Source: Spizellomyces punctatus DAOM BR117 (lineage: Eukaryota). From it: a stretch of DNA of 64,000 nucleotides. The notes beneath the pieces were generated by a model. That model saw only the letters and a list, made by a program, of their open reading frames with translations. It did no database searches and was not told the DNA's origin. The translations under genes were made by a program, and so were the position numbers. Shown piece by piece: positions 35,226 through 48,778 of the stretch (the stretch's first letter is position 1; each line of letters starts with the position of its first letter). The stretch lies in the NCBI GenBank assembly GCA_000182565.2, contig KQ257455.1; one strand, 5' to 3'.

Positions 35226-37565
35226 TTACTTGTTGACAATTCTGTCCCTGTAGGCCAGATGTATCAGCTGATGATTGTTATGGATTTACAAATGTATCCT
35301 CCGGTAGCATACCTATATTCATCGATGTTATCATATGTTAAAACTACCAGCTCGCGCTTCGTCAGTGGCTTCTTTGTCAACGGACAAATGTTCTTTCGCT
35401 CTTCGGAACTCAGGCAACGAATCCAACTGGCATAGCTGTAATTTGATACCGTTAACATTCAATCTTCCGTGTCCTTCCTTCCTATGACTTGGCCTGTATA
35501 GTCTCACCTCATGACGTGGCCATAAGGGGATATTGCAGGCTTGACCACTTCCTCCAAGGTGATAGGATCCACAAATCCTGCAAGGGGATTCTCATACGCA
35601 TCCACAGGAGTTCCCTCTGACTCCGCCTCCGCCGCTTCCATCCGAGCTCTGGTCCGCCTCGTCGTAGCCCAAGAGGCTTTACAAGTAAAATTTCCAGAGT
35701 CGTCTTGGTCAAATAAGTCGTCCACGTTCCCGTCATCGTCGTCATCCTCGTCGCCATAGGCAGATTTTCGCTTGCGCTTCTTTCCACCGCCATTTTGACT
35801 GCGAGCTCCTCCGGATCCGTGTTTCGAGTGGACTCGAATCACTCCTTTACCTCCCTCCTTCTTCCCAAACAAGTACCGTAACTCCCCTTTTGAATCAATT
35901 GTATAATTCTCATCCACAATTTCTCCAGTTTTCAGAAGATGTCTGTAAAAGTTGGAGCACTAGAGCAGAGGGTTAACAGAGAGAGACCTCGAATCGAAAC
36001 ATAATGGCAGACATACCTGATACCCCACACGACCTGGGATCGCGATTGAAAAAATTCCCCACTGGCCATCGGCGCCAACTTCCTCCAATCTTTTGAAGAA
36101 CATTGTGCGTTCCTCCTGCATTAACGTCGTTCGGTTTCAATGCTCAAAAGTTGCTGAGTTACAAATTACCTCAAGCGCACCTTTGTCCATGGCCCATTCC
36201 TCTGCTTTTCGCCGGGAGCATTGAAGCGATAATAATACGAGTTTGGTTTTGTTTTTATCTGCTTGTATGCGCGCACCCGGGCGTCACTCCACCCTTCGAA
36301 GACTTTAGCTGGATCAACTCCATTTTCCAGTTGACTGAGTGCATCGTCCAAACGCAATCGCGAGAACCTGATACAGCGCCTTTACCACACGTAAAAAGCA
36401 GGTTAAGGACGCAAAGGCACTGCAATACGGTCCCCGCAATCATCATACTTTTTCGATTCCTCCGTAGTGGTCTTCTTCGCAGCCTTTTTACGTTTTTCAA
36501 CAAGTCGCTCGTATGCCTGCTGTTGCTCTTCGGTCATCACAACTGTGATTTGACTCGGTGAGTCCTAAACTAGCACTCTGGCCGGCGGGGTACAACTGCA
36601 ACATTTACCCTCTGATTGAATCGGCTGGTGCTTTTCGGCAATCCTTTTACGCAATTTCATCAGATAAGCCGTCTGAGTGAATTTCAATATGGCTGCGTCC
36701 TATTAACCCCATCAGTGCCTAATCATGGAACATCAGCAAGCATGACCTCTTGGAGCGCTTCCGCACCTCATCATTATTGGCTTCTTCCAAAGCTTCCTCT
36801 ATCTCTTCGGTGCGCAAGTATTCAAACATGTTTCTTATCTTGGCGAACTTGCGCGCGTTTTCTCGTCGCTGATACTCTTGAAACTGGAATGGTTGTCAGG
36901 CAAGGTCTTTACAGACGACCAAACCGCTCGGAGTAGAGTCATACCTGCCGTTGTTGCAAGGCGACCCGTTGTTGAATGATATCCATTTCCTCTTCAGTGA
37001 TTTCATCATCAAAAACCCTTTCCTTCCGAACAGTCTGAATCGCATCACTGGAAGATCTCAGATGACCATCCAAAAATCATACTACACTGGATATGCGGTA
37101 CCTCTGCTGTCGAAGCTCCTGAATCGTGTCCCTTAGATCAGTTTCCTCCTCCCCATTGGCCTTTCGGTGTTGCTTCTCCTGCCAATTTCGTCGTAAAATG
37201 CTCTAGTAGGTATAAGGTATCAGTTTCCAGGTCATAGAGTAGTGTGATATTCCGCGGCATACCAGAACAGTTTCAGTGCCGTTGTCAAGTTGTATAGTTT
37301 GCAATGGATACTCCTGTTTAGCTTTCTGAGATCTCCTCCCCGAAGACCTTTTCAAAGCTGCCGTGTTCGGGGAAGAAGTCAGTAACGACCTTCGCCGCAT
37401 ATCCCGGATCACAGTAGATCCTCACTTCTGCAACCGAATTCAGAGCACTAATTCCCAGAATCACATACCTTCTTGAAAAAACTCGGTCACTCGTTCGCCT
37501 CCAGAGCTGTCGCCAGGTTCCTGACGAGAGTCACCCGCCGTGGAGGAAGCGACTGAGGCCGGCAT
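35226..37565 (-). CDS. Myb/SANT-like plus C-terminal U-box/RING-like protein, multi-exon
   Basis: NSYYYRFNAPGEKQRNGPWT, QWGIFSIAIPGRVGYQCSNFYR, DPITLEEVVKPAISPYGHV...CPLTKKPL. Confidence 0.75.
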
Positions 37566-37845
37566 AGTGTTCGTTGTGATTGGATACGATCCTTTCAAGT
37601 TTTACGTCCAATAAACACAGGCGACAGAGATAGTATGATTACTAAAGTAAGTAGGATGTTGGGCTGTTCACGCAGGCTGAAGATGGATGCTGGTAGGAGT
37701 TGAGGGGTCAAGTCGTTGAGAGTCGCGTCCGGAAGTTACGTCCGAATGTGGTGATAAATCACCATAAATATATCATCCTGTGTTGTCAGCATTGAGCTCC
37801 GTCTAAAACATTCCATCCGCTGCGTCATTAACCGATTTGCAGCAT

Positions 37846-38391
37846 ATGTCGACCCTCAGACCCCGTACACGCACAGCGGCACTGCCAAGCGAAGAACGTC
37901 CCTATGATGATCCTCGCAACAAACCACGGTCAAAACTCATCCGTTACCTAGAGTCATTCGCGTGGATCGCTGGAGCCCTTGGGGCGGGCTGGTGGAGCGA
38001 TTTACCGAGCGCCTTGCAAAACTATGGATATGGGTACGGCTACGCACACTTATAAGGGTCCTGTCAACACCGAGACTTGCTACTTTTACTTACATTGGGA
38101 AACTTGTAATCACTTTTTAGCATCCCGTTTTACCTGCTCTTCGTCTCACTCTCGGGTTGGACGCTTGTTTTTCTTTACCTCCAATTTTACATCCCCTTCA
38201 AGACGGGAACTCGGCCAGACCTTACGCAATGGGAAACACAAGCGAAGCATCCAGTGCAGATTGCCACGGCATTTGGTGTCATTAGCGCAATATCTTCCTG
38301 TTGGATGTTATGGCCCGCCTACGGGTTTTTAACACCGCTACTAGTATTTTTGATGTTTATGGGAGGGGTGAGTTTTATTGGTCTGTTCTGA
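37846..38391 (+). CDS. Small multi-pass membrane protein (TMEM128-like)
   Basis: ESFAWIAG..., LFFFYLQFYIP, ALWPATGFLTPLLVFLMFMG after removal of an intron. Confidence 0.6.
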
Positions 38392-38748
38392 TATGTGCCC
38401 TCATTAGGCGCCTATGTGGGTTGTGGACTATACAAGGATACTGTTACGAGGAGGCAAAATGTCCTTCAATTGCAGATTTGGGGCCGACGGGGAGTGGGCA
38501 GAATACTGGGACCCCATTGTCAGATACGATAACATGAATTACGCATACAATAAGATATATCAGCTCTGCTCAAACTCAGACGGCTAGTATGCTTTCTTAC
38601 AATTCGGTTTGCATCTCTTTGGGATTTTGCAGTCTTTCTTACTGTAGCATCCAGAGAACGGTATCTTCAATCAACCAACGGATATCCAACCACATGATTA
38701 AAGCCATACACAGCGAAATATACATAAGGTGACAGTCCTTTGCCTGTT

Positions 38749-41144
38749 TCACGTAAAACCGGGTATTTCCGCCTTCGGCCGCTTCACCACCGGGTTAGCG
38801 TATTGATAACCACCGTTCCCCTTCGATGCCACTCCATTCGTGTCCGGTATATTGTGGGATGCGTTCAGTCCGGACATAGGTCGACCCATATTAGCGGCTG
38901 TATGAGGACTTGCACCAGTACCGCCTGGACGAGCACCAAAACCACTGAAAAAAGTCCATACCATTAACGATGAGGGGCGATGAATTTTCGATGGGCAGCT
39001 GAAAGTCTATTACTTACTGGGTGTTCTGCATGTCTAGTGGTCGTTTGACACCCTTTGGTGAGGGATTCCCATTGTTATGCATACTCTGATTTGGGGGCAC
39101 CGATTGCCCTGGCTGTCCTCGAGGATATCCATTGTTCGAAGTGTGCTGCGGTTGTGCTTGGTAGGGCTGATTTGGACGATATGACGGACCGTTGCCTTGA
39201 TGCGCTGATGTGTGGGTGGGTTGGTATCCATTGGACAAACTGTCTTTAGATGCGGAATTATGCGAATGGCTCAACGTTATATTCTGTGGATCATTGGCAT
39301 CGCCCGTCTTCGCACCCCCTGGCTGTATTGGCATGCTTGTAGACTGTGTCTGTAGGTTGACAGAGCGTTGGTCGAAAACGTTCTGTCCAGGATGAACACC
39401 TCTTGACGACTGCTGCTGAGGCTGCTGCCACCGTTGTTGAGGATTCTCTTGTTGTTCCATATACCAGGGTCGATTAGCTGTTTGATTCAGAGTACCACCT
39501 GGTCCTGGATTGTAAGTAGGTAACATGCCGATGCAGATCGTGCATATCGGCCCAACGTACCGTGGCTGATGTCCGTGCTGCGAGTTGTTTGAGGCTGGGC
39601 TACAGTTCCCTCCGTTTTGATATGAGTGTGATTCATTTGCAAATTGTGAGAAGTATTCTCGTTCCGTGATGTTGAGTTGGTGGTGCCAAGAGTATTACGT
39701 TGCTCCTGTCCTACTGGAATACCCATCGGATTCGTCGATGGTGGACCTGTTTGGCGTCCATGATTTATTTGAGCCGATGCATTTTGAGTTCCTTGATGGA
39801 AAGGCAACGGCCCTGGTGGGCGGGGATTTGATTGGGCCTGATTAGGGGTTATATTGCTATACAAACCGATTAGTAGGTGGTGCTGGACTTTGTAAAGTAA
39901 AGACCTACCTGGACGATTGTACAGAGCTCGAATCGGTGGTGGCGACGGTACCTACGAAAAAATAGAAAAGTGCTTAATGGGAGTATTTTCTTGCACGCAG
40001 TAAACTACCGGACTGGGGATCTACAGAAAGGATCAAAATGCTACTCTGTACCTCCGAAAGTCGAAGAGGGCGAAGCAGCTTGGGTATATCCGACTTGAGC
40101 GGGTGGAACACCACCGGTTACGTTTGATGCAGCTATCGGATAAAGACATGAGGCGCGCTCGGACGCAGGCTTGGCGTACTGACACGCAGAACGCACTTGG
40201 ACAATGACTTTCACCTTCGGATGGAACAGCAAAACCGCTGTCGGCGAGGAGCCCGTTGGAAGGACGGCCAGTGGTCCGATAATCGGGATGTCTATACAGC
40301 TCATCAGGGGCCAGTGGTTTTGTCTGCTTCATCAATGTCAGTTCTATCACTCTTTATGGAAAATCAGTCTTTGTTACCGGCTGACTCGACATGCGAGAAA
40401 CTTTCCGCAAGAAGTCCTTATCATACAAACACGAGCCGACGCTATTGCCAAAGTGTTTCAGCGCTCTTTTGGTGGCATCTGTAACAGCTTCTTTCTTGGC
40501 CTGTTCATCAGGTCATACTTAGTGGCGTCCCATAGATTCATCTGAAATGCACCCTTACTTTCTCGAATGCCTGGGCTTTACTCCTCGCATTTTCAATAGA
40601 TCCGTATCCGACATCCTAAAAAAGAATGCAATGTGAGTCTGAGTCAAACCGACATGAGATATTTGCAATCGTCGCAATTCACCTCGTGGAAGCTACCATC
40701 TTTCAGGGTGACGCGGACGACCGAAGAGATACCCATGCTGACTTTCCCATTATCGACATCAACCTGCATTGAGCGCTCAATGAAGCTACTGGGCTACCGC
40801 TGTGCATGTATAATGATCAAAACACTCACAAAGTCCACCGTAATATCTACAAGTGTGCTCGACCAGCCGTTGAATCCAAATATGTCGTTTGCCAGCTGCG
40901 TAGCTTTCCATCCTTCCAAATAGCTAACTTTTGCTGCATAAAGAACACCCTCAGTCAGCAATTCCGATATATGCAGCGCTGCACACGCAGAATACTCACA
41001 ACCCCCTGGCCCGCTACGTTGCGAGATGTATTCAGGCCCAAGCTTTAGGTTGAGTTTTGTTCTCACTTCCTGGGCCTCATTGGATGAGTACTGATAACTA
41101 CCAAACAAAGAGTTGGGAATGTTGGCCTCGCGTCGCTGATTCAT
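38749..41144 (-). CDS. RAD52: DNA repair and recombination protein RAD52, multi-exon
   Basis: [71 protein letters not shown]-rich tail. Confidence 0.95.
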
Positions 41145-41948
41145 TCCTGCATACAATAATGCTTGGAATGCGTGCAAGTGCAGCGGTGGCTAGACGCGAG
41201 CCCAACGGCGGACACTATAACTTTACAACACTACTGAATTTGCCAGCGGCCAAACACACTGATCGATACCCGTCTACCACATAGAGTGCTGCGAAGATGT
41301 ACGGGTTGCGAAATCTAGCTGATCACAGTATTAATCGTCCGACGATTGCCAACGTGTGAGCCGTCAAGTCAAGGTAAGTGTGAGCGGTGGCTGGTTTCTT
41401 CATGTAATCCACATTTGGCCATATGACCAAAAAGGACTGGCAATCCTCCTACTTTTCCGAATCGATTTGTTTTCTTGGACGGTCGATGAAAGCAGCTACG
41501 ACGGACGGCATAGATTTCAACCCGTCGATGAACGCGGCGAATTCACAGCCAGTTGCTGTCAAAACGGGCGGTGGAGTAATGCATGTTGCGGCTGGAGATT
41601 GCCGGAATCGAACTCATGGAAGCCCTCATGACTCATACGGCAGTCACCATGTGAATTTGGAAGGAAGATTGAATTTTTCGGTCCAAGTCCTTCTAGACTA
41701 ATAGAAATCTCCTCCTTTCCGCCCAATAAATGCTGATTGCATGAGTGTATTTCCCCAAATCAAGACATACTCCAGATACTGTGGCCGAATTTGAGAGCAC
41801 ACCGGTAAGGAGGAGCCTCAAGCCATTCCAAAAAATAGCCCCTATTGAATGCAGACCATTGACTGCGATCCAGATTCCGCCCGCATCCTACAACGACACT
41901 ATTTCGTTCTTGAAAGGCACATAGGAGCGGTTCAGTGCGGGCGGGACG

Positions 41949-44900
41949 ATGGAGGAGAGTTTGGAACGCGCTGTGGCGGTGTCCGTGGACCCGACGGCCA
42001 ATGTAGCCCTGAAAACGGAGGCGATGGCGTTTTGCGATCAAGTGCGTAACTCGTCCAATGGCTGGCAAGTTTGCTTAAAAATCTTTGTAAAGGTCCCAAA
42101 AAGGTATTGTTGCGGGATGACCGTTTCGACTATTATTCAAGCATGGTGCTAATTTCCCAATGGCGGCGAAAGCTCGGAGCAGACACGTTTCTTCGCTCTA
42201 CATGTTTTGGAGGATGTTCTTCGGCGACGATATGCTAGTCTAAATTCCAATGAGCGAGCTGGGTTGAGGCAAACCCTGTGGAATTGGTTGGTTCACAACC
42301 TGGACGAGAGCGAGTTTGTGTACATGCGCAACAAGTTCATACAGATCGTAGTTCTTGTGTTTGCGGCTCAGTATCCCGGGGAATGGCCGAGTTTCTTTGA
42401 CGACCTTCTGTCTCTCTTGAGCTCTACATCAGGAACTCAGCGAAACTCAATCATGATAGACACGTTCTTGCGTATATCATTGGCCATTGACGATGAGGTG
42501 GCTAATCTCATGATCTCCCGAGATGCAAAGGAAACGGCGCGAAACACTCAAATCAAAGATGTTATGCGGGAGAATGCAGTAGCAAGGCTTGTTTCAGCTT
42601 GGGGTGATATCCTCATGGGGAGCTACCAAAGCGACGCAGGAATCGCCAACATGTGTCTACGTTTGTTTGCTCGCTATGTGGCATGGATTGACATCAACTT
42701 GGTTGTCAACGAAGCAATCATTTCTGGCTTGTACCAATTCTTGGGCGTAGAGTCATTGCGATTAGCAGCGTGCGAATGTCTAACAGAAATCGTCGGAAAA
42801 GGCATGAAGCCGGTAGATAAGCTAAACCTCATCCGTGCCCTTGACATCACCAATGTGTTGGGTTCCTTGCCATCGGACGATGCGGAATTTGCAGAGTATG
42901 TTGCAAGGCTTGTCAACAATTTAGGTCTCGAGCTTTGCAAATGCTGGGAAATGCAGAATATTCGGGAATCGTCCTTCCAGCTTTTGCAGCAAATCTTCCC
43001 ATATCTTATCCAGTTTCTGGCCAACGAATACGATGATACATCATCCGTCCTCTTCCCATATCTTCAAGCGTATACCGATGTCTTAAAACAGTATATCAAG
43101 TTGGGGGGCCAAGGTTCAGCGAAGCCGCTGGAGGAAAACCTCATCGCTTTGTTGAGAACCGTTATCCTTAAGATGAAGTATGACGAGGAGGAGGAGCATG
43201 AGTTTGGTCAACAGGCTGGGGAATTGGACGCACTGTTTATGGAGTTACGACAGGTCTGGACGCTCTGTTACTGGTCATTCAGACATCAGAGCACCGCAAG
43301 CTGACTCTCGCTCCCGCAGAATCTGAAAAAGCACTTCAATGCAATTGCCACCATTGATGAGGCGTTATTCGTCAATTACATTCTGTCAGTTGTGACAGAC
43401 ACCTTCGGTAAAATCGCTAGCTCGCCTGGCTCGGTGAGCTGGTCAGAAGCCGAACTTTCACTACACCTTATATATCTTCTCGGAGAGTCTGTTAAAGGTA
43501 TTGTGTCGGGTGCTATGCGGGACAATGGCCGAAGCTAATCCATGAACGTCAATTATCTAGTGCAATTTGCTGTTGGCGAGCCCCCTGCAGCTGTTGTAAC
43601 ACCACTCGGCCAGATGCTAACGAAGATGATTACAAGCAGTTAGTAGTGGTGCATATACTTTGGCACATATCAATCATTTCACTCACGCCACTTCCCTGCC
43701 CGTCAGATGTGTCAGCGTACCCACATGTTTCGATACCATTGATTTTCTTCGAAAATGTCACTCGGTATTCTCAATTCTTCGATCTTTTCCCTCAGTACAT
43801 CCCTAACGTGATGGAGGCCTTTGTTGACCAGCGGTACGACTTCGTTGATGTTAATGATGCTCTAGATCATAACGGACCACTGAACGGGATGCTTTAAAAA
43901 GGGGAATGCATCATGATGCACCCTTCGTGCGCAGCAGGACGTACTATTTGTTTCGGCAGTATGTCCAAAGTTTGAAGAGCAAGCTTTCACCTCTGGTCAA
44001 CAACGTTCTAGCAAGTATCGAGGTCTGTGTGTTGGGACCTGCCAAAGGGTTTCTTTTTGGTTTCTGAGACTGAAAACTGCAACGGGTACTTTTAGGATCT
44101 CATGGTTGTACAGCTGCCAGAACCGCAGAAACCGGTACGGGACGGAGAAGAGGAAGTGACAGCAACCAGCTTCGACAGTCAACTTTATCTTTATGAGGCC
44201 GTCGGCATCCTAATTTCGCTGGATGGTATGACCACGGAGAAGCAGGCCCAGCTGCTAACGGTTAGTAGCTAATTGTAAGCGCTCATGAAGAATGAAGAAC
44301 AGAGAACTTACCAGAAGATTATTCCATCCAAATGCAACAGGTGGTTCTTACTCCTTTGATGCGACAGATCGAGGAGATTATGCGAAATGAGCTTTATAGG
44401 CGTGATACACCGGACAACATTGTGTTCACACTACAACTAGATCATCTAATTCGGGCGATCGGGAATATCAGCAAAGGTACGCGTGGACACAGGCCTCATA
44501 CTGATTCAAGGAGTGGGAATCTCACCTTAAGCTAGGATTCCCTGACGTTGATCAGGCTTCCAAGGTGGTGCAAACCGTACCTGCATGGGCGTTAGTTTTT
44601 CAGCAGGCACTAGGGGCGATTGTTGCTGTTTTGGAGCGTTTACATGAGAGTGAATTGATTCGCAATGCGGTTCGTATTATATTTTCCCTTTTACTCGGAA
44701 ATTGACCTAACTCCAGTTCGGAATTGTAGGCACGCTTCGCTTTCCAACGGATGGTCGGCTGTATGGGTCACGACATATTAAATCACATTGGTCCTCTAAT
44801 TACGGCCGGCCTATTATCAAACAGCACACGGCAGGAATTGGTCGACTTTGTTCCTTTCATTGGGCATATTACCCACAAGTTCAAGGTACGTCCTTGGCCA

Positions 44901-45800
44901 GAAGTGCAAAAGAATTATTTGTTTTTTTAATTAACCCTTGATATGTAGCCGGCGGTTTTCCCAATTATGAATGAGCTTATTGGACCGCTGATGGATCGCA
45001 TCTTCAGCAGCTTAAATCAACCTGTAGATGGGACAGACGACGCCTTCTCGCTGCTGGAACTTCGAAAGGCGTACCTCAACCTGTTGGCAACAATTTTCAA
45101 TGCTGATATGGAGGGGACGTTGGTGACAGAAGGTATGAAATCTTGAGGGAGAAGATAGGCTCATGGGATTGGATGGTCGTTCCTGATTGTTTATCTTATT
45201 TTCAGCCAATATGCCAAGACTCACTACCGTGGTGCAATCTGTGTTGCACTTTGTAAAAGAATCTGGCGATCGAACCTCACAGAAACTGGCATTCTCTGTC
45301 CTTACTAAAATGGTCCTCTCTTGGGGTGCTTCGGAAGATTCCCAAATCAACGGCATAGATCCAAAAACTTATAAAAAAGGGATACCAGGCGCGAAGTCTG
45401 ACAAAGCCAAGCACACGACACCGCCAAAACCCCCACTGCCCGGATTCGAACAATTTATCTATGAAAACATTGTCCCGATCCTGTTTGAAGTGCCCATGAA
45501 TGCGAGCTTCAATCCTTCAGATGGACAATGTTACCTCGTCATGTCAGAAATCTCCTCACTGCAGAAAACCCTAGTCAGTGCACAAGGTGCCAAATATCTT
45601 GAATACCTGGTCAACGTATACCTTCCCTCCATCGGTTGTCCTCCTAATGCTGCGCAAGAGTTCGTTGCAGCCTTACAGCGAACGGACGTCAAGGAACTCC
45701 GAATATTCTTGCAGGTAGGACAGCGCGGTGTGCCACCGCTGAAGCATCATGGTCTCTAACTCCCTCTCTTTAGGAATTTTTCATGAGAATGAAATCATAG
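41949..45800 (+). CDS. LOS1: Exportin-T (tRNA export receptor), multi-exon
   Basis: RNKFIQIVV..YPGEWPSFF, RNTQIKDVMRE, YVAWIDINLVVN, ECLTEIVGKGMKPVDKL, FFENVTRY. Confidence 0.92.
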
Positions 45801-46130
45801 CCCGCAACATAGAATATGGGATATAACTCCATTGTCAACGCTTAATCCAAGCGCGACCTTGGCGAACCCTGACACAAAGTCGCTGTAAGGTGATGAGAAA
45901 GGCGTGGACAGTTCTCCAAACATAGTTATAGATTTGGAGGGCTGCTGGAGGGGATCGTGGAGCTCTGGGGCAAGGAGGCTGCTCATGCACATAATTGAAT
46001 TTGTACATTTGTACATTACAACCTTTATGAAAAGAGTAGGCGATTCTGACTACGCCTACGTGTGATGAAAAGTTTCATGTCTCTATCTATTTTGCCAGTG
46101 TTGGTTACGTCTACCACCGACTATCTCCAA

Positions 46131-48276
46131 CTACATATCGCGAAAGTCCTTGTTGAATTCTCGACCTGCCGTTCATATATCAACTACTGTTAATTATAGG
46201 AGGAATGCAATTCACAGCACGTACCAATCAACATGCGTCGGATCTCGCTGGTTCCTGCACCGATTTCGTAGAGCTTGGCATCTCGCAAGAAGCGTCCAGT
46301 AGGATCTGGCAAGACAATGTTTTAGTCATTCTGATTTGAACGTCGCCTCATTTCAGCCTTCCAGATGCTCACAGTCATTAATGTATCCGTTTCCACCTAC
46401 AGGGAGAACTGCGTGAGGGTGCGAACATATAAGCCCTGGAAAGGGAAAGTATTACGTACCTAAACATTGAATTGCATCCAATGCACATTCCGTTGCCCGC
46501 TCAGCAGAGTACAGGATGGCACCGGCACAATCCTAACCGACTGATAAGACTTCCCAGAATCGGCAAATTACGAGATATGACAAGGTTATTAATACCTTGT
46601 TACTGATGTGTCCCGCATCGCATGCCCGACCAACCGCGTAGACATACGCCCTAGATGCGCTCAATTTTGTGTACATATCGGCAAGTTTTCCTTGAATAAG
46701 CTGTTGTAGACGGGTGAGATGCTTGAGCCTCTTCCTATCCAAGGTCTGCGTTGACACACCTGAAATTGGCCAATGGACTGATCAAACTGCTTCCGCTGAT
46801 GAACATATGGAACGGTGACGTCCAAACAGGATTGCATGAGCCTGAAAGCATAATATGAATAAGAACATGAACTTCAGATACGCTGCCCACAACAGATGCC
46901 GTCTTACCCCAGGGGTCCCCCGGAAAGCACTAGTCGTTCCAAATCCAAGCCACTCATTAACACGTAGACGCCCTTTCCTTGCTTACCAAGCACATTCTCT
47001 GCTGGTACTTCGCAGTCCTCAAATACGAGCTCGCATGTGTTGGAACCCCTCATTCCCAGTTTGTCCAACTTTGGCGACGTAGAGAAGCCTTTAAACCCCT
47101 ATTTATGTCCGCATTCAGTGCACTGAATTTACCTTTAATCATTTCTCTCACGCACCTTTTCAATTAGGAAAGCGGTAATGCCTTTCGGACCTGCGTTGAC
47201 ATCCGTTTTCGCATAAACAACCAGAACGTCCGCATCGGGACCATTCGTTATCCAAAACTGACGTACCCAAAATGAACCTTCCATTAGCACTACTTCACTG
47301 CGGTCCATATAATGGTTCGGTCCTTGCACATACCTTTGTCCCGTTCAGTATGTAACGGTCGCCTACCATATACGTTATTTTTTAGCTGTATGATGGATGG
47401 TAACATATTGTATTTTCAAACCTTTCTTATCTGCGCGGAGCTTCATGGAAACCACATCCGAACCTGACCCTGCTTCACTCATTGCCAGCGCACCGATGTG
47501 CTCTCCACTGATCAGCTGTGGGTAAGATTAATATCTGTGACAATGTGTGCTTTCTTATTCCAACAGGTCAATGGCATACCTTGGGTAAGTATTTCTGCTT
47601 TTGAGTTTCGTTTCCATTGCGCACAATTTGGTTGACACACAGGTTGGAGTGAGCACCGTAACTCAAAGCAACGGACCCCGACGCTCGGCTGATTTCTTCC
47701 ATAACAATCGTGTGTGCAAGATATCCCATCGCTTGTCCACCGTACTCCTCTGAGATGGGTTACAATTAGCATGGGTAAGAATGTCTTGAATATGAATCAA
47801 GTCCCACCTGGTGCAGTTATCCCCAATAGCCCCATATCTCCAAACTTCCGCCACATATCCTATTCCAAGTTGCGGGTGAATATGAATGGCTATGCATCAT
47901 AAGATTGGTCTGTGGGCCGAACTTCAAAACGTAGGACTTCTTATCGATCTGGTCAGCCCGGGGAGCCAATTCCTTTTGGGCAAAATCGTGGACACTTTGG
48001 CGCAGCTGCTCTTGATGCAATTAGAACTGCACAATTCTGGAGAGTAATAACAAATTAGGACCTTTACCTCCGCGAGCTCTTCAGAGAGGCCCGCTACATT
48101 GCTGTTGTAGGAATCATAAGCTAAAAACCGCTTGTGAAGCAGCCCCGACGACGGTCGCGCATTTATGGCGCGTAACTATTGAAAGAGCGTGAGTCTGGGT
48201 GAAACACACACAATTTCGCAGCTGCAATATGCACCTGGGTCCGAGCAACAGACGCTGTTCGTGCGATGAATGACAT
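46131..48276 (-). CDS. IVD: Isovaleryl-CoA dehydrogenase, many introns
   Basis: [71 protein letters not shown]. Confidence 0.93.
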
Positions 48277-48778
48277 GTTGCTGTCTGCACAAAATGCAAG
48301 AAATTGGTCAACAACGACCTCGAAAATAAACTCCAACAGCCATACAATGCGTGGTTTGTCACGCGAGGCTTGGGTTGTGGACTTTAACTATTTATGGTAA
48401 TAATCCAATGCGCGGCATTGTCATGGCAACAGGAGCAGTTCGATACCCGCTGCGCGCACTTTTGGACACTCGCTGCCGTTTTTACGTGGGAGGAACAGTC
48501 ATTGATTTGATCATTTTACACAAGCACCCTGCCCCCCCAAGATCCCCAGATTCTTTTAAAGTTTCAAGCTTCAACTCGACGACGAGAACCAATCAACCGA
48601 TATAAGCGGCCCTTCGTATATTTCTATTAAATTTTGATAGTGATCATAGTGTTTGAATCGTGCAAGCTCAGGAGAGTCGACACCATCGTCCGCGTTATTA
48701 TCCATAGATATCCCCACCTGATCCCATTTTAGATTGCACACTTGTTGGTAGGAAAAAACCTACCTGAAAGAAAGGAAG

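Noticed and set aside
41356-41701. Small ORFs between RAD52 and exportin-T
   Set aside because: No recognisable domain; could be 5' UTR or intron sequence (GTAAGT donor at ~41374)
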